Assembly (NCBI RefSeq): GCF_964355755.1
Contig: NC_092677.1
Location: forward strand, 270,101-334,100
Origin: Antedon mediterranea
Lineage: Eukaryota; Animalia; Echinodermata
Direction of reading: 5' to 3'
Length of the DNA: 64,000 nucleotides
The notes beneath the pieces were generated by a model. The model was not told the origin of the DNA. It made no database searches and worked only from the letters and a program-made list of their open reading frames with translations. Positions 23,722 to 35,700 of this stretch are shown piece after piece. How positions within the stretch are numbered: position 1 is the stretch's first letter; every line of letters begins with the position of its first letter. The translations under genes and the position numbers were made by a program.

Positions 23722-26700
23722 TCACACAGCTGCACTAACTGGTTTATGGATGTCACTTGATCGTGACCCCTTACTTCCTGTTGACTTTTGACCTAAGTTT
23801 GGCAATTCATCTGCTTTTCTGATGTTTCCTGAAGAAACAAGAATATCAATTTAAAATTTAAAAAATAAAATTCAGAAAAGAGATTAATGTGTGATTAAAA
23901 CTGTTGAAACTGATATCATTATTATTTGATAATATTCTTGCTCTGCAAAACGAAATAAATACATCTTCATAAATCTGAATTTAACAATTTAGACAAACAA
24001 GGATTTAGAAACAAAATGTTTATTCTTGTACCCTTTGATTTAATGTTTGATAACAATGTACAAACATTCTAAGGGATGGTTATTACCTGTGCTAGCAGAG
24101 CGGCTTGGTGTATCACTAACTTCAATGAACAAACATTCTAAGGGATGGTTATTACCTGTGCTAGCAGAGCGGCTTGGTGTATCACTAACTTCAATGTACA
24201 AACATTCTAAGGGATGGTTATTACCTATACTAGCAGAGCGGCTTGGTGTATCACTAACTTCAATGTACAAACATTCTAAGGGATGGTTATTACCTATACT
24301 AGCAGAGCGGCTTGGTGTATCACTAACTTCAATGAACAAACATTCTAAGAGATGATTACCTGTGCTAGCAGAGCGGCTTGGTGTATCACTAACTTCCAGT
24401 TCACTAGGAGCCAACGACACAGACTGGTCCGATGAATCTAGGTCCCCTTGTGATGAATACTTCTTCTTGCGATCTTTTTTCAAAAAACTCAAAATACGTT
24501 TCTTCCGACTAGGTGACTTTTCTATTTAAATCAAACAGAAACAAAATTGTAACAACATTTTTTACAAATGATTATAAACAAATTTTTTAAAACAATTTTT
24601 AGTCGCGTGGACGCGACTCTATAGTTCACTATGTCGGTTGGTCGGTCGGTCTGGTATCACTATGCGTTTTAGCACGCGACTTATGGCTGTTGGCCTTGTT
24701 AATTTTTAAACATGTTTTCAACTTGTTACTTTTGATCACTTACTTTTATCTTTAGGTGGCAAGTCTAGAGTATTTGACCTCTCTTTCTTAGTTAAAGTCA
24801 TTGATTCTGGTGATAATGGCTCCTGCTGACTTATAGAATCACTAGCTGTACTATGTCGCCTCTTTTCTTCTTTAGTACTTCTTTTAAATATGTTAAATCG
24901 TCTTTTACTTCGGTTTGGTGAAGCATCTAAAAGAAGTTCAATTTTTTTATTCTGTATAATAAGTTATCTCCGTTAAAAAGTTAAGATCTTTAGGTGAATT
25001 CTGTTTGGGATAACAACTCATTTTTCCAGTTGTCAATAGATTATTTATCAAAATGTAACAGCATTGTTAATTTAACAAATGAGATTTCAAATTCTTTCTT
25101 AGAAACTGGAGAAAGAAACTTAGTACTATAAGCAATTAAGTATTGGTAAAAGCTTGTAGTAGTATGTTGGTTACTTAAGCTGAACTTACCACGCTTAAAT
25201 CCGTCACGTGAACCCAAAGAGTCTACTGGACTAGGAGGAGGCAACGTCAACGCTTCTTCAGTTGGCATCTTCATTGAAACAAGAAAAAAACAAGGAATTA
25301 CAAACATATGTTTTTCTCAAATTGGCTAAATAAAAATAAATTCCTAATAGGAAAAGCAAAAACTCCTAAAATTCCTAGTGTTTAAAGTACTATTACAGTA
25401 AAACTTCCCCAATACTGGACACACTTGGGCTGGCCTAATATGTTTGGTTTTCAGGAAATTTGGGTATTCTATTCATAATGTGTTTTGGTGGTAAAATGGT
25501 AAAAAAGAATTTGGGAAATTTTGGACCTCAAGAAAAATCTGATTTTGGGAGAGTTTAGGTTTTCGGAGAGTGTGGTATTGGACGGGGCGACTGTACTTTA
25601 AAAGCTATGAAATTAGATTTTCAGTACCCTTGCTACGCCCTCTATGATCAGTGTGCTTTTCTTAGGCTGTGCACCCCCAGCAGACTCGTGGTCGCTCAAG
25701 TGTCGTATTGCTGCTTCTGTGATTGAATTATTTGATACATTTGGGTCAGTAACTGTTATTAACTCTGTAAATTAAAACAAAATAAGTTACTGAAATAAAA
25801 ATAACAGTCTCTTTAATATGGGCACAATAGAGTATTATGTTGTATTACATGAATGCCATATATCTATGTTGAGACTGATTGCTGGTAATGGTAACATTCA
25901 ATGTTTACAACATGGAGGAAATAATGTTGACACTAATGGTAATCTACAACATAGTGAATGTTGATAATGATGTTGACACCCATAGTAATCTATAAATCAA
26001 AAACACGAAAAAATGTGATGTGCCAATATATGGACATAATGATGTCACTACTGTATTTAAACATATCACTACCATATTTGGACACTGAATAAAATGAATG
26101 TGAAATACATTACATGTTACAATAATCTCTGATTGTTCAATGAAACAAAAATAATCATATGAACTTTGACCTATTGGAATGAGGATGAATGAAATTTAAA
26201 TCATCTATATACCAGACCTTCAAAATAGCCTCCATTAGATGCTGAGGAGGAGGACCCTGTTGAATACAGCAATATAATGATATCGCAAAGTATAAATAAA
26301 CAATTTGATCTTGGTAATACAAAGATACAACTTATTTCATTATATTTCACAAAAGTATCATTACTAATTATAGCATTTTTCTTTATAGTGCCGTTAAATA
26401 AGCAAATGGTTTAGGATAATGAATGATGTTATATTTTCAATGTTACCTGGAGTGTCCGCCAATGACCCTGCTAACTCACCCTCACCAACATTTGATGTTG
26501 TTACCACCTTAGTTGGTATATCTGAAAAAAAAAAGATGGTGCAACTATTAGGTCATAGGTCAAGTAGTTGTATACACAGCAAATTCTTTATTTGTAGGCG
26601 CATATTGTTCAACGTGGAAGAACTAGATATAAAAAAATAGTTTATAAATTCATTTTATTTGGGGTGGGGGATTGATGGGGTTAGTACAAGCCTTTAGCAC

Positions 26701-29700
26701 TAGCCCTGCCCCCGCCACTTATTATGTTATTGCGTAATGATCAAGCATATGAACAAACATTATGCACTACATTCTGAATTTTTAAAATATTTTGAAAGCT
26801 ATTTTCATTTTATGATCACAAAATAAGATACTGAAGAAAGCTGGTTAAAAATGGCATTAACAAACATTTACCAACATTTACCAAACATTTACAAATGTTC
26901 TTAAAATGAAGACATTAATAATGATTTAGCAACTTCAGATTAAAACGCCTTGAAAAATATATTTCATCATGTTGAAAAAGCGAGACATAGTGACGGCATA
27001 ATTTGTAATTCAAGAAAAAACTGACGACATCTAATTGTATCATAAAACTGATGACATCACAATTCATAAAAGATGTCAGTAAAAATAATTGATGACATCA
27101 TAAATAATGAATGACATCACAACTTACTGGTGCAATAAACATTGAAATAAAAAATAATTGATGAGATTATAAATAAATTCTGAAGGGAAATTACTGGAAT
27201 CTTGACATTTATATTAGTTAATTAATTAGAGTGCAAAAAGTAAATATGCATTCTATCACTTATATAAACAAATGACTACAAACATCCTGAAATAATAAAA
27301 AAAAAATAAAAGTGAGATGGAATATATGTAACATTTAAATGTTTGTTAATAATATGATTATACAGCTACTATAAACAATATTATTTTACAATGTAAGAAA
27401 CACTAAAGCAAAAGATGAATAATACTGACCCAGACATAATCCAGCCCCAAACTAATTAATTACAATCAATAATACTGACCCAGACATAATCCAGCCCCAA
27501 ACTAATTAATTACAATCAATAATACTGACCCAGACATAATCCAGCCCCAAACTAATTAATTACAATCATTTTCATACAAACTCAAACATTTATAGTTCTA
27601 AAGCTCTGTTTACACTATCAAATTTATGCGACAAAAAATGTGATGTGTCCATAATATGGACATGATGATGTCATATCACTACCATATTTGGGCACATCAC
27701 ACTTTTTTGTCAAACTAGTTTGATAGTGTAGACAGAGCTTAAGGGTAGTATCAGGGAGGGTTTCATATCGGAGTCAGTAAGTAAAGATGCTGAAACATAC
27801 AATTAGTATATATTAGTATTCATTCATTAACTACATTTGCATGCTAATTTTTCAATTTAATTATATATACACTATAAAAATGATATTTTAAAATTAGTGA
27901 GTGTTTTGTTTGTTAAGCTGTGTTTACACTATCAAACTTTATGTGACAAAAAATGTGGACACGATGATTTTTTTGTCAAATTAGATTGATAGTGTGGACA
28001 GAGCTTTAGTGATTATTGGTTGTACTAGTTAGGGTCAAATAGTGACTTTCTACTCAGGTCAATAGACTTATTTGTTTACAGCAACAGGGACAAATCACTT
28101 TACAAACCACTGGTATTAAATGTGATCACCCTCATTAGCTTTATACTACTAAATTATCAAATACTGTTTCAGTCAACACTTGTTGTGGTTATTCCTTACA
28201 TAACTATGCATTTTAAAACTGTAATTATTATACATAAATATAATCAAAGTATAATTGCATAAAATTAATAAAAATATTAAAATCGATAAAGAAAACAGGA
28301 CAAATATGCTATGAAACAAGTGGATATGATGCTGGTTGCCATGGTGAAACATGCAAATTAAATTTTACTAGGTTTTGTCGTTGCTTGCCTTGATATGTTG
28401 AGTGGTACCAAGAGGCAGGGCGTGTCACTGATGGATTAGTGCGAGGAAAGACTGCCAGAAAGAAAAACAACAACACACATTGTCAACATTTGACATGTTT
28501 ACACAACACAGCACAACATATTAGATGGTTTCAACTTAACACGTTTAATGCCAACACTGTGACAGTTAACAGTAAAGCTCTGTCTACACTATCAAACTAG
28601 TTTGACAAAAAAAATGTGATGTTCCCAAATATGGTAGAGATAGAACATCATCGTGTCCATATATGGGCACATCACATTTTTTAGTTTGATAGTGTAGATA
28701 GAGCTTTAGAGGAAAAATGGCAAAATAAGCACTGTGGTCAAGAGTTGTCATAACAATATAGATTATCTGATGATAAAAATCCTAGAAAGTTGGAAGCCCT
28801 TTGCCATTTTTCCCTTGACTGTTAATAGCATTCTGTTTGATAAGTCCCAATAATTCTATCCTCCCACTCCTACCTCATTTAACAAATTGATTATGTTATC
28901 AAACAGCTACTTCACAGTGATACAGAGTCATACTGTTTACAACTATACACTGGGCCATTAACTTGAATCCCTTATACACTTATCATTGGCATGAAACGTG
29001 TTAAAATGTTATAAGAAACAATGAGCTGTAGTTAATGATAATTGAATTCTACGGTCGTAGTCCTAATACTTTGGGTCATTAGATAACGCCATTAAGGTAT
29101 TACTCAACCATTAAAGTGATATTTTGCTACAGTATAGCCAACCCTTGATCATTACAATCATGCATGTACTGTTTTACCATGCAGCATTTTTGTTTATATA
29201 ATACTAAACCCTATTCATGCATCTATTTTATTACCCTGGATGTATTTTGATTACCCTGGATGTATTTTGATTACCCTGGATGTATTTTGATTACCCTGGA
29301 TGTATTTTGATTACCCTGGATGTATTTTGATTATCCTGGATGTATTTTACTTACCCTGGATGAATTTTAATTAACCTGGATGTATTTTGATTACCCTGGA
29401 TGTATTTTGATTCGCAAGTACTCAGGATAGTGCAATGCAATCAATCATTTTTACTACCCTGAAAATATATGGGGTACTGTTGCAAACAGCATTAAGACTA
29501 CCCTGGATAAATTATGACAGGACACATGCAACTATAGTATCATTATATCGTGGATAAATAGCCCATGCAATAGCATTATTGCTTAACTGAATAGATGTAT
29601 TTAGTGTAGACTTAATTTAACATGCAAACAAGTATTTATTCTGCATTTAGCATAAATACGATTAAGATCCTAAAGTATTTGGTAGGAGGGTATACACATT

Positions 29701-32700
29701 ATTTGTTAATACCATGGAAGCTGGGTTTGTATACAGAATAACAGTATATATCAGAATGCTTATAAAGATACTTCACAGATGGTAAAGTTCATGCAGGTTA
29801 TTTAATGTATTTACTGTCACACAATGTTGAAAGCATTTGAAGTCTTTGTCAAACAATAATATATTAATAATACTCGTATGTATACACACCGATCTAGAAT
29901 AACACAGTTTGTATATGAAACTAACATTAAAGTTAATGAATGTAATGTTTATTAGTGTGTAACTAAATTAAATTTGATAAAAGGTTTACAAAATAAAAAC
30001 CTTTATGAACCAAATTTAAATAAGAACATACATATGAAACAAATAGAAATAGGTACCTAGATATTAACAGTATAACCAAGACCCTGGATATGAAAGATGT
30101 ATAACCAAGACCCTGGATATGAAAGCTGTATAACTAAGAGCCTGGATATGAAAGATGTATAACTAAAGACCCTGGATATGAAAGATGTATAACTAAAGAC
30201 CCTGGATATGAAAGATGTATAATTAAAAAAATTTAAAAAAGTAAACAATATTATGAAAGACCCCACTCATCCATACCATTACTGTTATAACTTAAATAGA
30301 TCAGGTATTAGGCTATGACCTCCAAGAGCAAATCTTTGTAGAACTAGAAAATCCTTCGTTGTAAATAGCATTCATATTTTTAATTCTAATGTAAGACGAT
30401 AATGCAATTTTTAAATAGTTTTACATTTTTAACAGTTTTTTTATTTTTAACTTTTTATCTTGTATTTTAATCTGTTATAATACTGCACGTTTTAAATTGT
30501 TGCAACATTTTTTATGTTTGTTTTTTATTGTTGTTTTAATCTACCAAGCAAAGTGAATTTCCATTTTTATGGACAAATAAAATTTCTTGAATCTTGAATT
30601 AAGACCCTAAATATGAATTAGTTTAAATAAGCCCCTGGATATCAACCGAAAGTGAATCCCTGGCCAATTGAAATCAAACAAATGTAGACCCTGGACACCA
30701 ATCCACTATAAAATAAGCCCCTGGATATCAACTGAATTTTAATACCCTGGATATAAACCATACCCTGGATATATATAAACCATACCCTGGATATATATAA
30801 ACCATACCCTGGATATATATAAACCATACCCTGGATATATATAAACCATACCCTGGATATATATAAACCATACCCTGGATATATATAAACCATACCCTGG
30901 ATATATATAAACCATACCCTGGATATATATAAACCATACCCTGGATATAAACCATACCCTGGATATAAACCATACCCTGGATATATATAAACCATACCCT
31001 GGATATATATAAACCATACCCTGGATATATATAAACCATACCCTGGATATATATAAACCATACCCTGGATATATATAAACCATACCCTGGATATAAACCA
31101 TACCCTGGATATAAACCATACCATTTTGATTTCCTTTAAGAGAGGTTCTTGGTTTTGCAGTAGTTGTTGTCACTGTTGTAATGACAGTACCATCTGATGC
31201 AATTGTGCGTTGTGTTGATATCTTCTTTGACGGGGATGCTGCAGGCTTTATTGATGCACTCACAGATTCCAAAGGTTCAGCATATTCCATGAATAAAAAC
31301 TATCAACACAAATAAACAATATAAAATAGTTTTCGGTGCATTTTCAGCAAATATGTGTACCTTGTAGAGCATGTTGATTTTAGGCTACACTGTTAGTTAC
31401 AATCTAGATTATATTGAGACATTCTGATGACCTAATCAAAGTTTGACTCCAGTCAAAAAAATAAATTGGTCAAAAAAGGATTTGATCGAACAACAATAAT
31501 ATGTTGATAATTCATTCAATAGGAAAGAAACAACAACTATATCAAAGAAATAAAGTAACCAAGGTCTAAACAACATTAATGTTTTTGTAATAGTAAACAT
31601 TTAACTTCATTTATGAAGATACCCAATGAGAGTATTTGATTTATCTTTATTCATTATTATTTATAATTAATAAAAATGTACAATGCACATACAACTCTAT
31701 ACTGTTTAATGCATGGTGGTAATTTTATTTAAAATGCTTAAAATTCTGTGTACTTTCACATAAAACACTATACCTCAACAGTTATTGAGCCTTTAACTGT
31801 ATCATCGGGTCCACCCCTGCCCTGTAATAGAATAATCTGTCTAGTGCTAGGATTACGTTTAAGATTTTCCAAATGAACTTCAGCCCCACCAAGGAAGTCA
31901 TCTGTAAAAAAACAAAAGAATTCTTGTTAACAAGTATATTCTACTACATCAATTATTATTCAATATTTAAAAACATTATTTTCACTCCTTCCTTATAATG
32001 GAACAGTCATGTCTACTGGTTAGTAGAAAGACAGTTCAACCTAAAAATAGTAGTCATGTCTACTGGTTAGTAGAAAGACAGTTCAACCTAAAAATAGCAG
32101 TCATGTCTACTGGTTAGTAGAAAGACAGTTCAACCTAAAAATAGTAGTCATGTCTACTGGTTAGTAGAAAGACAGTTCAGTTCAACCTAAAAATAGTATT
32201 TCATGTCTACTGGTTAGTAGAAAGACAGTTCAACCTAAAAATAGTATTTCATGTCTACTGGTTAGTAGAAAGACAGTTCAACCTAAAAATAGTATTTCAT
32301 GTCTACTGGTTAGTAGAAAGACAGTTCAACCTAAAAATAGTAGTCATGTCTACTGGTTAGTAGAAAGACAGTTCAACCTAAAAATAGTAGTCATGTCTAC
32401 TGGTTAGTAGAAAGACAGTTCAACCTAAAAATAGTAGTCATGTCTACTGGTTAGTAGAAAGACAGTTCAACCTAAAAATAGTAGTCATGTCTACTGGTTA
32501 GTAGAAAGACAGTTCAACCTAAAAATAGTAGTCATGTCTACTGGTTAGTAGAAAGACAGTTCAACCTAAAAATAGTAGTCATGTCTACTGGTTAGTAGAA
32601 AGACAGTTCAACCTAAAAATAGTAGTCATGTCTACTGGTTAGTAGAAAGACAGTTCAACCAAAAAATAGTAGTCATGTCTACTGGTTAGTAGAAAGACAG

Positions 32701-35700
32701 TTCAACCTAAAAATAGTAGTCATGTCTACTGGTTAGTAGAAAGACAGTTCAACCTAAAAATAGTAGTCATGTCTACTGGTTAGTAGAAAGACAGTTCAAC
32801 CTAAAAATAGTAGTCATGTCTACTGGTTAGTAGAAAGACAGTTCAACCTAAAAATAGTAGTCATGTCTACTGGTTAGTAGAAAGACAGTTCAACCTAAAA
32901 ATAGTAGTCATGTCTACTGGTTAGTAGAAAGACAGTTCAACCTAAAAATAGTAGTCATGTCTACTGGTTAGTAGAAAGACAGTTCAACCTAAAAATAGTA
33001 GTCATGTCTACTGGTTAGTAGAAAGACAGTTCAACCTAAAAATAGTATTTCATGTCTACTGGTTAGTAGAAAGACAGTTCAACCAAAAAATAGTAGTCAT
33101 GTCTACTGGTTAGTAGAAAGACAGTTCAACCAAAAAATAGTAGTCATGTCTACTGGTTAGTAGAAAGACAGTTCAACCTAAAAATAGTAGTCATGTCTAC
33201 TGGTTAGTAGAAAGACAGTTCAACCTAAATATAGTAGTCATGTCTACTGGTTAGTAGAAAGACAGTTCAACCTAAAAATAGTAGTCATGTCTACTGGTTA
33301 GTAGAAAGACAGTTCAACCTAAAAATAGTAGTCATGTCTACTGGTTAGTAGAAAGACAGTTCAACCTAAAAATAGTAGTCATGTCTACTGGTTAGTAGAA
33401 AGACAGTTCAACCTAAATATAGTAGTCATGTCTACTGGTTAGTAGAAAGACAGTTCAACCTAAAAATAGTAGTCATGTCTACTGGTTAGTAGAAAGACAG
33501 TTCAACCTAAAAATAGTAGTCATGTCTACTGGTTAGTAGAAAGACAGTTCAACCTAAAAATAGTAGTCATGTCTACTGGTTAGTAGAAAGACAGTTCAAC
33601 CTAAAAATAGTAGTCATGTCTACTGGTTAGTAGAAAGACAGTTCAACCTAAAAATAGTAGTCATGTCTACTGGTTAGTAGAAAGACAGTTCAACCTAAAA
33701 ATAGTAGTCATGTCTACTGGTTAGTAGAAAGACAGTTCAACCTAAAAATAGCAGTCATGTCTACTGGTTAGTAGAAAGACAGTTCAACCTAAAATAGTGC
33801 AATAAATATAAAAAATAAATGCATCTCACCAGCATGATCACGGTCGTAAACTTCAAATTTCAGATAAAGACTGTCTTCATTTAAATCACTGCAGAAAAAG
33901 AAGTGTTTTTACAATAAATACTCTCATTTCTCCCACTATTTCCATTTTGGAAATCAGACATTTGTCATACTTTACTTATTATATACAGTCAACTCCTCCA
34001 ATACCGGACTCTTTAAAAACTGGAAACTCTCGAACTTTTCACACGATTTAAAAGGTACCAAATTCTTTTTTAACATGAAAAACACATAATACTAACATTT
34101 CTAGAAAACCAAACACATTAGACCAGGTCAAGCATGTCTGGGAATGATCTTCCTAGTGTACAGGTGTAACTTTCGTAATATTTCAGAACTTACAAAAGAA
34201 AATGTTCATCCCAAAATGGATTGCTAGATCCTTTGATGACGGTGGTTTTGTGCTTTTGTAGCGGGCAATCTACTTCAACTACACAGTACGGGTCACTGCC
34301 TGTTGCTCCATCACGATCTCGTAAACCGTTTGCTTTGATAACTAGAGTTAAAAGAAAATACATGATAAATTGTGACTTAGTGGTTATGATGCTTGGGTTT
34401 AAGTCCTGTCATGTTAGGATGACAAATTACAACTCCTCTCCCAACGACTTTGTTTATGTAGAGTATCTTGTGTAAATATGTTTGTTAAGAAAGATAGTGA
34501 ATGAATTCACTTATGGTTATCCTTGTCAATTTGCCTAAATATAAATAAGATGATACAGGTGTACTGTACTAACTATATGTTATCATACTGGACAATTAAT
34601 AGATACAGTAATGGTTATCAGGCTAAACATGTACTATCAAGCACTACACAAATTTGGAATAACTCTATGACCAGAGGACTGAAACTGATTATCATTACCT
34701 TTGACCATAAGTCTGCGTCCCATACTTCTTGGTGGTTTTGAAGGAGCTCCATTAGTAAACATTGAACTAATGTCATTCTGAAACATTAACCAATTCAAAT
34801 GTTGTTACACATTTAACAAAAAAACCCTAAAACATTTTGAAATATATATCACTATAGTTATAATATGATTACAGCACATTATTCATTATTTGGTGGTATA
34901 ATGTAAACTTAAATTAAACTAAATAAAATATTTACAATTAGCAAATGGCACATCTTGTTATGATCAATCCATGTGAACACGAGTTAACTTTTGGGAGCCA
35001 ATGGAAAATCTATCTAACATTGTCATTATGGGCTGAAACTACAGATGTAAATATGCGGTCTTAGTACACACTGCAGAAGCACTAAATCACTAAGCAAGAC
35101 TACTAATATAAGTACTAAGTTGGTGTTAGGACTACCAGATACTGGTAACACTAGTAAGGTGGTGGTGACCAATTCAAACAACACCAGTAAGTCTAGTAAA
35201 CGGTGTAGGACTACCAGATACTAGTAACACTAGTAAGGTGGTGGTGACCAATGCAAACAACACCAGTAAGTCTAGTAAACGGTGTAGGACTACTAAACAC
35301 CATGCATCAGGATTGGATAAGACCTTACCTACCAACGTAGGAACTCGCTTGGTAACTATGGCCCGTAACTAGAAATGAGCAAAGGGAGGCAATAGGCAGG
35401 GTAAACTTGTTTATTAATTATTGCTACACAAACAGCAACCAATACTAGCCAAGCAATTAAGATTGGTGATGATGATGAAGATGACTGGTAAAAAAATTTA
35501 ATGTGCCCATATATGGACATGGTGATGTCATATAACTACCATATTAGGGTGTATCACTACCATATTTGGGCACATAACACATTTTTTTTGTCAAACTAGT
35601 TTGATAGTGTAGACAGAGCTTAAAAGATGATATTTGATAATCGTCAATGATATGTCAAACCTGTGTCTGGTCTCAAACAAAGCAATTAGGTGTGTGGTGC

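Noticed and set aside
27419-27568. Triplicated AG|22 nt|GTCAGT microexon-like unit
   Set aside because: 22 nt is not frame-preserving, the spacers are only 28 nt, and the pyrimidine tract is poor.
30642-31121. YPGYGL/IQGMVY repeat ORFs
   Set aside because: Intronic minisatellite read-through past the exon 10 donor.
32005-33798. Palindrome-containing repeat array resembling CRISPR
   Set aside because: Units are contiguous with no unique spacers, no cas genes are present, and it lies in a eukaryotic intron. The same applies to 12172-12932 and 20919-21816.
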